64,000 bases of DNA from Phoronis australis (taxonomy: Eukaryota; Animalia; Phoronida), in NCBI GenBank assembly GCA_002633005.1, contig NMRA01000136.1:646944-710943 (forward strand), in the 5' to 3' direction. Numbering within the stretch: the first letter of the stretch is position 1; every line of letters begins with the position of its first letter. A model generated the notes under the pieces. The model saw only the letters and a program-made list of their open reading frames with translations, did no database searches and was not told the DNA's origin. The translations under genes and the position numbers were made by a program. Below, piece by piece: positions 24,345 through 36,300 of the stretch.

Positions 24345-25200
24345 TATGGTGTTGTTTCACTTGCTGATTGATTATCATCGTCATCAGACGATAACTTAAC
24401 ATAGTGGCAGCGAGTGAAGCGTTTAGTAACCAGTCGTAGTGCCTTTTGAACCGATTTGTGCCGGAATTCCAGTTTTATTGGCAATCTTACAAGCAATGGT
24501 CCTGACCTCATTCTCGCCTGTCTCCTACAATACACTATCACTGTTTGTATATCACTGCTGTGCTTTGCGTGCTGACTTTACAAAATGCCCCCCAAAACGA
24601 AACCTGTGCAAGGGATTCACCTTCCATCTGTCCCGGACTTTTCTGGTCCAGCTTCTATAGGGAAAGCTGGAAATTGTTTAAGCAAAAGTGCCAGAATTAT
24701 AATAGCGTTATTGCCCAACAGCACGAGCATCCCAAGGACTACCAGGTTGCGTTTCTATTTCACGCCGTAGGCCTAGGAGATGAAGGGCTGAGAATTTACA
24801 ACGGTTTCAGGTTTAACACAGAAGGTGCAGACCGCACTATAGCTGAAATATTGGTCAAATTTGACAATTTTGCTGTGGGGAGATTAATGAAATGTATGAA
24901 AGATTTGCATTCAACCAGCGCTCACACGGTTCCGACGAAAGTTTTGAATCTTCTTGATGTGATTCTTGCCTTATGATGACAAGCAGGTACGACCAGCTGA
25001 TAGTATCTTAAGATATAAAATAGCACTCGGAATACGCGATAAGGACACACAAAAACGTTTGTTGCAAGACACCGGACTCGCTTTAACAAAGTGCATAGCA
25101 ATCTGTATGGCGGTAGAAAACACGAGTCTGCAAGCCCAATTATTGAACCCGACACCCTTTGTCCAACGTTTATCGTGCTACGGAAGTGGGAAACCTGTTT
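24345..25200 (+). mobile_element. Ty3/Gypsy LTR retrotransposon relic (LTR end, PBS, frameshifted gag)
   Basis: ...aaca followed by PBS-like tagtggcagcg (24402-24412); gag-like ESWKLFKQK...YQVAFLFHAVG.DEGLRIYNGF...ILVKFD and DSILRYKIALGIRDKDTQKRLLQD..LTKCIAICMAVE. Confidence 0.8.
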
Positions 25201-26533
25201 TAAGCCACAGTCGCAAAACGCTTTACAGCTAAACTCTCGGTCAATGGAAGCCAGGAACGTTTCCTGGTCGATGGTGTGGACGTCAACACCATCAGTCAAC
25301 GTTTTGTTAAAACCGAGTACATTCGACCGACAGGACGTCAAAAAAAAACTTATTGTTTCAGCTCTGCCTGTTGAGAATGGGGCTATTCGGAGAATTCTCC
25401 TCGCGGTGTCGCTGCTGTACTAGTGGTGATTGAATTGCGCATGCGTGGCTGTCTGCATGTAAACAACTGGTAAAAGATGGAATTTTTATCAAAATACGTC
25501 GTCGCGCTAAGCCTTATTACTGCTAATTTCCCTGGTGCAAGTCTTCAACAGGTGGCCACAAATTCCCAAAAGACCTAAGGTTACTATATTCGTGGACAAC
25601 TGCGGTCAACAGGGTCAACTAACTGACAAAAAGTGTGTGGATGCTGAAGCCCCGTGTGTGCTCTATGACTATGCAGTTCCATTCGGAGACTACACAACAT
25701 TACTTGGTAAGTTTTTAACAATCAGTTTCTATCAACATCGTTCGGTGATGTTATCCCCACCAGTTACCCCCACTGAATAACAGTTTTATTGAGTGGAACT
25801 AAGTGTTTCTTTTTGGAGACTCATCCGATGCCGAGTAGGCTAGCAGCACATATTCATATTGTCCTGGGTGGGAGTGCTCCCAAAATAAGAGGTGTATGGT
25901 ACGTGATGCACAGAAGTCAAGAGTGATTTTTTTACAGCAGTTTCTCTTCAAAACTATGCTGTTTCCAATAAAATTCTCTAGATGAGTGAGTTTCCTTATT
26001 TTATCGTGGACCCCACCCCCAGGACCACCAGCTCAGTTATCGAATTAACATGAATAAGCCTTAATTCAGTAAATGTCGTAACATTGCACTGGAAAAAATT
26101 GATACCTAGAATGAATTTTACTTGTTGAGATCAGAAGCACATTTTAAGTGTCATGAAAAATACACATTGTTAAATCATTTTTAGCCTGTTTCACATATTT
26201 TTATGCAGATATTAAATAAGACTTGGGTACAAAGGTTATTAGTTTCTACACATAAACATGAAGTGTCAAGTATGTTCTGCCTTACAAAAGTAGTTTTGTC
26301 TTGTCTTTTCTTTTACAATTTACTAATATTTCTATTCTGTTACAGGCAAGAAAAAACAACTGAAACCAACCACCTGACCATCTATTTCACCGTTGGACAA
26401 AGTGCAGCAATAACCTGAGAGAATTGGAACCTAATTCAGTAATTCAGCACCTGATTTGCCTGATTATGGACTCCCTCGCAATGTTGTTTCTTTCTGTGCT
26501 TTTTCAGTTTGCCATTTGTTTTTAAATACACTA

Positions 26534-26683
26534 GCGCTGCCTCCGGCGGCTCGGCTGAGGCCCGTCTAAGTGCTACGCCGGAGCCTGCCTGCGCTGCTTA
26601 CGGCGGCTCGGCTGAGGCCCGCCTAAGTGCTACGCCGGAGCCTGCCTGCGCTGCCTCCGGCAGCTTGGCTGAGGCCCGTCTAA
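26534..26683. repeat. GC-rich 57-bp minisatellite, about 2.6 copies
   Basis: Unit gcgctgcctccggcggctcggctgaggcccgtctaagtgctacgccggagcctgcct. Confidence 0.9.
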
Positions 26684-26762
26684 TGAACCGACGATTTTTA
26701 TGTGTACTGATTTTAATCCCAGACTGTAGATAACGAGTAGGCCTATAGGCCTATGTGATTTA

Positions 26763-26874
26763 CAGTGCTGCAGTGGTAAAAAAGAAGCAAGTCGGCGCCC
26801 GAAGTCGCTACGTTCAAATGCCAAAAGGTGGTTGGCTGCGCCTACGTGCGCCTGTGCCCCAGTCTACAGCACTG
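26763..26874. mobile_element. hAT MITE, 112 bp
   Basis: TIR cagtgctg(c/t)ag / ctacagcactg; perfect 8-bp TSD GTGATTTA on both sides. Confidence 0.85.
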
Positions 26875-28199
26875 GTGATTTAACTTATGTAAAGCCGGAT
26901 GCGGCAAAAACATCATTTTATTGACGATGGACAGGTAAGTCTGAAGTTAATGAGCTCTTTATTGGTTTTCACTTTCAGCATTATTTCAGCTCCCGGCCAT
27001 AACTATCAGTTAGTAAGTTACCCACAGAAAGTGTTGGAGTACGCTAATAGAGGATGGATGCTAAACAAGCAGACGACAGGATAATCGTTGCGTCACCTAG
27101 TGTGCAAAATATTTTATTTCATCCCTGTGAAATGTTTATTGGTGGCAACGAATGTATCAATAATATCTGTAAATGCATTTTTAAAGGATTGACTATCATG
27201 GAAGTGGTGTTTCTTAAACATAAGATCTCATTTACAACAAACTTTTTGCATCAAAATATTAACTGTTATTGACCTTTCTCTCCGGGCAACCAGAAACAAT
27301 ATGGCGGTACCTGGCAAGTGGCGGTTGCGATGAATTCTCAATGAAGATTTTGGTTTCAACACTAATTTTCGGTGGGTAAAGTACTGTTTGCCAAATTATT
27401 CATATTACAAGAAATTTTTGTGAGATTTCCTCTTCAAATAATAACCAAAATAAACAAAGATTCTCCATTAATGGAGTTGAAATTTTTGCAAAATTATCTA
27501 CTCAAAGTAAAGTTCACCACTCTCACTCGCAGCCTCGCAGACAAAACAGTCCCGTTTCTGTGACCTGAAAATAATATGCTTCGTGAAATGGTCTTGAAAC
27601 TTTGAAATTCAATGTATCATACAAATTTTGTACCTAATTATTGGACGGACCCTAAATATCGGATATTTCATAAAATCTTACTTGAAGCAAATCTGAGAAT
27701 TAAATGACACCAATTTTTGTTCCACTGCAATGCATTCAATGTCCGGCACCGTCTCATTTTTTGCAGCGTTGCCTCGTTTTGACGTCACCGAGAGAGGGTG
27801 CAGTTTAGACCCCCAAGTCGTTCTTAAATGGACGATCGCATAAATCGGTTATAAAAGTTGAAAACAAGATCTTTTTCCACAATGAAATCATCTCATTGAA
27901 CTGACAATATGTCGCTGTTTCATTTTTTCACGCACCTGCGGGTCACATCAAGAAGGCAAAGAGATACTAAAAACTGCAGTGAGTTTGCTCATGCTTTAGT
28001 CGTCTGCACTGACTCATCGAAATGACTTGGCGCTGTCATCAGATTTCATTTTATGGATAATTTTGTTGCGAATAGAGGTGTGTTCTAGCAGCATACATGT
28101 CAAAACACTAAGGCTGGAATTTGGGTACAAGGTGCCCACCGCCATTACTTGGTTAGTGAGTTTTCCGTGGTGTGGCGTATGGGGAAACGTGGTGTTCGA

Positions 28200-28301
28200 A
28201 TATTTAGGTTTTCCGAAGGTTTGCTAGTTGTGTTTTTTAAAGATCAGAACATCTATGTGGCTTTCGGTGACAAGATATAGTAACAGAACAATTCCATAAA
28301 G
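28200..28301 (+). other. Candidate non-coding first exon of the dynein gene
   Basis: Strong AAG|GTAAGT donor at 28301/28302; the first coding exon has an acceptor at 30242 upstream of its ATG, so an upstream UTR exon is likely. The start is a guess. Confidence 0.4.
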
Positions 28302-28709
28302 GTAAGTCTTTATTTCAGCAAAAAATTTACAACAGTTCGTAGTATTCTCAATTGAATATAGTGCAAAATGTACCAAAAGGTCTGATAATTATTTCACGTG
28401 ACTGTAGAAGCACAAATGTGCTTTATGCCATGTGGTCTTAGAGTTAGATCCTGATTGGTTGACGGCCAGTGTTGTGAACATACTAAGTCTAGTTTATCCA
28501 CCTTGCTTGGAATCAAACTCGCAACTCCTAACCTAAAAGCACTGGATGATTATTCAGAACATGAGTTCAAAATCCACAATGGTTGTTTGGAACCAGTTTT
28601 CATTAATTATGGCCATTATTTCAGTGCTTGCTGCGCGCTCCTCCCAATATATGGTTCACAAGAGGGTTTAATTGTCTATCCTCTGACCCACCCTCAACCA
28701 CAGACACAA

Positions 28710-28990
28710 AATTTGTCGGCTGAAAATGTTTTACAAATATGATAAGAAGTCGGTGATCATAACTCTGATGTTGCCCCTATTGCAGATATTGCTGTCTCCG
28801 GTATCTGTACCAGAAGGTCATCCAATTATAGTGTTCCAATAAATATGACAGATTACATGAAAAAGACAATCTTTCCTAGAACAGTCGCGGACTGGAATAG
28901 CTTGCTGGGCTGCATTACATCAGTCCCTTCTCTTGATATCTTTGTCAGCAAGCTAGCTGCCTTTCTGAAGTAACATACTGGGGTGCCTTC
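28710..28990 (+). mobile_element. CR1/L2-group LINE 3' fragment
   Basis: TDYMKKTIFPRTVADWNSLLGCITSVPSLDIFVSKLAAFLK* (stop 28971-28973), typical of an ORF2 C-terminus. Confidence 0.7.
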
Positions 28991-29897
28991 ATTTGGGGCA
29001 CCCGCTTACTGACTGCCTTATCTGTTAACAATCTAGCTATGTTAACCGACCTCTGAAGTGATGTCCACTATGTTTATAGTTGTTCTCATTTTTGTTGATT
29101 TCATTGTTATACGGTGACAATACTCTGGAGAAAGTGTGGTCACTTAAACCATGAAGAAGAAGAAGAAGAATTTCACTGCATTCTTTAGTGTTAAGATCAC
29201 TCAGATAAGCAAAGTCAAATCCCTCTTCGTGTTGTTCAGGCAGCTTATGCAAAAGGAGTTGGGACATATCAGCTAAAGAAACAGCGTTATTTCTCTTTTC
29301 TTCTGTTGAAGTTAACTGATGATCAAAGTGTCATTTTCCAGATTGGCCATAATTGCTTTTGTGGATGCATGCGTAAAGAATCTGTTGTCCTCTGACAAAA
29401 ACATGAACTGTTTCTGTCAGGTTTATTTTGTTTCTATCTAATTTACCATAGTGTTGCGTAAAGCACGTGGGCATTTATTTATTCTAAGACAATTTTTGAC
29501 CCAGCATTTATTTGAAATCTGGTGCTTATTTGAACAAGGACAGTTTTGCAGCCCCATTATGCTCACTTACTGTTGAGCGCAGTTTCATAGACTAGTAAAT
29601 GTACAAGACGAGTTATAACAACAAACTTGAGAAGCCATGTTTTAATCAACAACTAATGACAGTACTCTCTAATAAAGTATATTAACACGTAACAGTAGAT
29701 TTCAAACTAGGCAAGCTGGATTTTCTGTGATTTTCGTACCTTCATATGAACGTGTCACCATCACGCAATGGCTAACTGTACGGGATATTGACATACATTT
29801 ACCGGTAGTTAACACTAGGCTCTGGACTATCCAGTAAAGCAGTGAATTGATGTCAGAGTTCCTCTTTCAATTAGTCTTGGATTATCGCTCCTTGCGG

Positions 29898-30082
29898 TTA
29901 TTCAACAATGGTGTTTTTAACTGAATTTACTCCTTTGCTTATTCAACAATGCTGTTTTTAACTGGATTTACCCCGGTGCTTATTCAGCAATGGTGTTTTT
30001 AACTGGATTTACCCCGGTGCTTATTCAACAGTGGTGTTTTAACTGGATATACCCTGGTGCTTATTCGAGACCAGCACTTATT
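29898..30082. repeat. 41-bp tandem repeat (4+ copies), probably subterminal in a Tc1/pogo-like MITE (~29445-30117)
   Basis: ttattcaacaatggtgtttttaactggatttaccccggtgc units start at 29898, 29939, 29980, 30021, 30061. Confidence 0.8.
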
Positions 30083-30277
30083 AATGGAGCGGTGCTAATG
30101 TGGGACATTGTGGTTAATGTTTAAATTTTGGTTGGTATGCTCAAGTAGTTCTTAGCTGTTCTTTGCATAGCTTCTGTACTTTGCTTGAAAATATCTTTTG
30201 CTGAGGTAGAAAAAGATATGTGAACCTTGCATATTCTTTCAGGTGTGTGCATCAAGGCTTAAAGTAACTTAGACAAG

Positions 30278-30375
30278 ATGGATGAGAGGTTGAGGTGGTT
30301 GGAGGTGAGGATTAATTCCTCATTGAAACCACGAAATGAGGAGCTCAAGAATATGTTTCTAAATGATGAAAACAG
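30278..30375 (+). CDS. Dynein HC coding exon 1
   Basis: MDERLRWLEVRINSSLKPRNEELKNMFLNDEN; acceptor at 30242, donor gtagg. Confidence 0.8.
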
Positions 30376-33300
30376 GTAGGTTGTCTATACACACTCCTAA
30401 CTGATTTGTGCTCTAGTCTGATGATTGCTCTAGCCCATATCATGTGATATCAGGTCCACAAATTCTTCCGACTTTCTAGGCTCGGAGTCTAATCTGTTTG
30501 TTGATGGTATTAGATCAGCTGTTCCGTTGCGCATGCACATTTTATTTTGTCCTTTAGTAGCCATCTTTGTTAATAAACGTCGATTTGAGCCACTCCCTGA
30601 AAAGCTCCGTTTTACTCAACACACGGTTACGTACAGCCAATTGTTACACTGTGTACTTGAATTTTTATTCAAAATTGACCAATTGTGCGACACAGTTTGA
30701 GTAAACTCGCAAATTTGTAATCAAATCATGTGGTGGTATTTTGTGTCTGTAATGAGTAGAGTCTGAGAGATTATACCAGAAGGCCTTGGACTCAAAAATG
30801 TTGTCAAACCTTTCAGGTATTTAATCTGAAAATGTGTTATATGACATCTGTTTGTCCGGCGTGAAACAGACACAGATTCACGATCTTAATCAGGGTGGGG
30901 TAACATTAGGTAGAGACTTCCTTAACCTTTTCTGAATTCAGCATGGCATAAAACCTTATACCACTTGTTTTGCTGTATTGAAAATGTGACATGATTTGAA
31001 CATGAGCAGTTGGCAGAAACTTTAAAAAAGAGAATCTCCAATACCCACATATATTTGAAAATAATGAGGCTGCACCACAGAGTATGTCATCATATTGTTG
31101 ACCGAGTAGTTGAATTGACATTATTGGCCAGAAAAGTGATTTTCGGAAAATGGCTATAGCACAGATTCGAACCAGAATTGCGCTGATTGATGAACTAAAT
31201 CGAGCTCTATAAATGCAGAGCATTTTAAGCGGATTTCATTGGTAAAGTTATCAGCTTTGATTACATCAAATGGCACAGACATTGTCAAGAATTGGCAATT
31301 GTACCCAACAGCAGATTTTATTGTTTTGTAGCTGTAGTCAAAGTTAATAGCTGCAAAAAGTGTGTCTCTTATAAGAATCCCCAAATACAATACTATGTCT
31401 GACTGTGTTGCCAGTCTTTGAATGTTTTTAAAATCTTCAAAGCTCATTCAGTCAGTCTCACTGTATTTCAGACTTGCTTTCCATGAATTCATCAACAATG
31501 AAGATACCAAGCGACTGTTTGTATATGCCAAGGCCAAGAAGCAATTAATAGCTTCCTTGCAACCCCCAACGGATTTGCAGACAAAGTCAGTGTTCTTTTT
31601 GAAAGCTGAAGGTGCCAAATTAACAAAAGATAACATAGGTATGTGGCCATATATGGATGTTTTGCAATCAGCTTAAGATTCTAGGATGTTTTCACTGTGC
31701 TCTGTTAAAACACAAATGCTGTTTTAAAAGTCATGGTAGAGGTGTTATTATTGACTTTATTCTTAATACATTTTTTTTCAATTTCCTTTGCTCTCGGCAG
31801 GCTATTTGGCTTTAAAATTTCACTTTTCATTGTAATACTGATCGAGTTCTGTTGTTGCACAGTGAAGAACTTGACATACTGAGCTATGGTAGATACATCG
31901 GCTTTTTGACTCAAGCATGCATTGTGGTATTCTGCTTCCTCAAAAGAGAGCAGGCTACTCAAACAATACGGCTCCTCATTCATGGACACTGCCCATGGAC
32001 CTGTAAACTATATTCACTGACTTACGACATGGGCCCCAGTGCACTCTCATAACACTGCTTACTTACTCAAAATGCACTACTCTTGGACTGCAAATACAAC
32101 TCTTCACCTGTAAACACAGCTGATGGACACTTTGCTGAGACATGCTCATAATTCTTAGTCACGTGAGTCAGTGAGCTGTGTTTGTTGGGTGTGTAAGTCG
32201 CGTTTTATGAATACAGAACTGCAACTTTTAGTTAATGAGCTGAGCTGACAGGTCCACAAGCTGTGTTTATGAGTGCATGGGCCATGTTGCTTGGTTAGTC
32301 TGAGGAAGTGTTGAGTTTAAATATGGCTATATAGCATGCTGTAAATATTCCGCAATGTGTGTGTTTAAAAGCACTTCACTTTGTCCCTTAGGTGAAGAGG
32401 TTTCCTATGTGGATTGTGGCGAGTCTCCTATTGAACACTTGGACCTGCTCACTAGAGAGGTCTATCTTCCACTACTCTGCTCTGATCAACAGCATGCTAC
32501 CAGTTACAATGTGAGTGCTGACAAGTTAATGGATGTCCTGCACAGACTAATGGCTAGTGTGGAGGTGACCAATGGACTGAGTACGGTAAGTGGTCAGCTA
32601 GGAATCAGGGCTGCAGTCTGTAGACAAAGTTCCTTGCGAGAGAAGTGAGATCACGCATGACTACACAAAATCATGATAGTGAGAGGAGAGTGTTTCTCGA
32701 GTAATGCTCGTGGCAAGATTGTGGCCACATGATTGGTTGATTAGGTTGGAATGTTGGATGGTGGGATAGAATTCCTGTATTATAGAGAATCAATTTCTCG
32801 TCACAAGTGAATGGCTAATGTCTTGGATCTTAGTAACGCATTCATTGTGTCATTTTAAGTATGATTGCATTACTGTATGCTGATAATAAAGTTTGTACAT
32901 GTCCCAATGCCTTTTGCAGTGCACCAGATGTGCTTAGGTCACAGGGTCTAGTCTATAGCTTTTACTGAAGCAAGGGCATGTGTATTAATTTTTGGAATAG
33001 TTTGTGTCTTGTTAAATTGAGATAATAATAAGACAATACCAGGTATTGAGTTGTGTTAGTAGCACAGTAGTAAATTGATAGATGTTTGTAATAATCTAAT
33101 AGATGTTATACTTATGATGCTGTTGAAAGGATTGTGCTGTTCCTTTGCTTATATTGGTTTCCTTCACCTTTACTATTTCTAGGGTGAGATTGTTCTCCCT
33201 CTCCCATCTATCGAGGTCCTCGCCGAGGCAGCTGCGACACCAACCAGGCGAGGTGCTGTACTGCATGTTTTGGAGTCCACTGTGATTGGCTGGATAAAGC

Positions 33301-36300
33301 AGATAAGGGTATCCTGTTTATGTATAATAATTATTGAGAAATGGTGTAATGCGAATTTGGAACTTTCAGTCTCAAAAATATTGTTTATTTGAAGTTAATA
33401 TTGTGTCAGTTAAACTCATCTTGTTTTGTATCAGAGTTGAGGTTTTAAAATTGTTTTACACTGCTAGTGCAGGATCAAATGTATATTTATTCAATATAAA
33501 ATTGCTCAATTTCTTTGCGTAATTGGGAGATGTATTTCTTGGTTACCTCACTCTTTATCAAAATGTTAAACAGCTGATCTTGTTGCAGGCAGTGCTTAAA
33601 CATGACCCCATAGCTGATCTGGAGCGATACCATGGTGACCAGCCTGGCCCCCTTGACGAGATTGACATGTGGACCCGCAGAGCTAACACACTCCAGTCCA
33701 TAGACAGGCAGCTGGAGTCGGCTGTTGCCAAGGATATCTTGATGAACTTGGAAGAGGCCAATAGCTCTTATGCACATTCCTTCCAGCATGTTCGCAAAGA
33801 AATAGAAAAGGTGAGATTTAATCTGTGTTGACAGAAAGAGGTAGACATGGAAAAAATTATTGGTTGTTAGCCATTGTTGAATCAATGTATCGTATTTGTG
33901 TTTGGGTTAATTATTAAGTTGTAATTTATGTCTGGAAAATTGGCAAGTATTCATACTTTAATGCACTGTTTATACCTAGTAAGTGATTATAACTTTTTAA
34001 CCAGGCTTTAAGTTTATAACTCATGGTGTCAACAGTTTACAGGGCTTGGAATTTTCCGTGGAAACGCGGATTTCCGCTTTTTTCAAATGTTCTGTCCGCG
34101 TATTTTATATTTCCGCGTAAAAAAAATCAGATTTGATATAAAATTTCCGCGGCAAATTTCTTACCGCGGCGTTGCCGACAACTTTCACCTCGAAAAGCGG
34201 AAGTTGCTCTTTATGTTTCGGAGGAACATAAATTGTCATCATTGCTGGGGCACCTGGGATAGTGCGGTTTACCTCAATGGTGTCTCGTGAGATTGTAAAT
34301 CGCGGTGACAAATACTACGACTCTGCAGCCAAAAATGTGTGGAGGCGGGAGTAGACAGTGGATGGACGAGCTAATGAGACTCAGACGCACGTTCCTGGAG
34401 GTTGTACCTTTTTTTTAGTCCTCCTGATGTTCAAGGCTGGGTGCGCGCATGTTTCGGGCCGTAAAAATTTCCGCTTTTTTGTCATGGGTCATTCCAAGCC
34501 CTGAGTTTAAAACCTGTTGCAAAAGTTGTAACGGTAATACAATTGTAACCCTTTGTGAGGGATGGTTGTAAATGGGTGTGAACAGTCAGTGCAGTAGTAA
34601 AATTATAACCTACTGTGTGTGTGAAACGAATTCATTGAGACTGAGCTTGTTGTGTCTGAAACCAGAAACTTGGGTTTCAACTGTTATAGCTGTCCGTACA
34701 TTTATAATGAAAATGTTAACTCTTGAAAGGATGTATCCTGATTTAGGATTAGAACTTGAATTTAAAACATTATTCTTAGCATTTGTACTGTTGGTCTTTG
34801 CAGCCATGTAACAAGTTTTTAGTGAGTGTCTGGGTCATTTAAATTATGTACCGCCAGTACGAGATAGATGTATGCTAGAACTCGTGAAAAGACTTTTGAA
34901 TAGTATTACCTAGGATGGCATTATTTTGTTTAATTTTAAAGGAGGAGTTACTAACGCAAAAATGACGACTTAACAAAATAATGACTTAATTGCAAACTTT
35001 TACATGTACGTGAATGCAAGTGTATCAGGATTGAAGAGAGTGTGATCACATAATGAAACTGTCGACTCTAGCAATGATGAGATAATTATGGTCACTTGAG
35101 TAGTAAGTGCATTGCTTGAAGTACTGTTAACTGTGATAAAGTGTGCACGAATATTTTTCTCTAATTAATCAGGGTTCCAAAGAGACTGGCGAAGTGCTCA
35201 AGTTTCTCAGCACACTGCATCCATGGTTTCAACAGATACACAGTGCTTTAGACCAGAAGGTCTTACTCAAGCTCTTCCCACCAGTCATGCATACTATTCT
35301 CTTAGTGTGGCAGTATTCAAGGTAGGCAGAGAATCACATTTAGCATTACCGTTTCCACTGTTAGAGTAGTGGTGACTCATTGTTGCAAAGTGTGGTGTAA
35401 GATGGCTTTAGGGTTTCTGTTGGATAACGGTTCCGTTCTGCCTTTAGTTCACGTAGTGCTTCTGTAGATAGGTTTACATGAAGCCTTGTATTAAAAATAA
35501 TTTTCGTGAATATTTTAGGTGATTGCTAACAGTTGTTAGTTTTGATTTAGTCTTTAGTTCCTGAACTAACCTATGTTAGTTAATGTCTGGTGAGTTGTGT
35601 TTACCTCATGCAGTCACATAAGTGCGACTCACCAAGTACTAATTAAAATTGTGTAAGTATCCACTCATACATCTCATTTCAACACAGTTTTATCCCCCTC
35701 TTAGGGTTCTAATGGTTTCTCATTTCAAATGCCTTGGCGTTAAAGTGACATGGTAGGTGGCAATGATGTGTGTTTGGGATCTGCCCAAGATGGATTTGAA
35801 CCCACGACCTCAGGGGTTGGAGGCAGACACTGGTAGTAAAGCTAAAAACCAAATAATGCAGCACGCAGCCGAGTATTTTAAGCGTATTTAAGTGATGAGG
35901 ACACCATTCTCAAGTTTGATTAACTCTTACCTTTTGTCAGCAATTTTCAATCAAATCATAAAAAGGCAACAAAGTTTGCTCTTTGCAACTCTAGCCAAAC
36001 CTACTATCTTCAAGAATTCTCCCTATACTCATTACCTTTAAACGCTCTGATGTCATTGGCGCCAGTCCTGTCTTAAGGTGGATAGTCTCCATCCTCAGCC
36101 GTTTCGGCGCTGTCCACAACGACCTCTGGAGGTGCGCCAACCGAGTTGATCAGGCTCTGTCCAGGACTGTATGACTCGTCTCGTCTCTCCTACAACTTCA
36201 CTGATGCAGCATCAGGAGCCTGCCCACTTCCCCTAGTCTTCTTGCACCACTGCTCATTCCTCTTCTTCCATATCCACTGTGACGCCCTCTCCGCTCGCTC

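Noticed and set aside
26509-26733. ORF with SAEARLSATPEPACAA repeats
   Set aside because: It is just the translation of a 57-bp minisatellite, with no splice or homology support.
27275-27310. RFX-like (ctccgggcaac) and YY1-like (aatatggcgg) motifs as the dynein promoter
   Set aside because: Short motifs about 1 kb from the candidate first exon and within repeat-like sequence; chance occurrence cannot be excluded.
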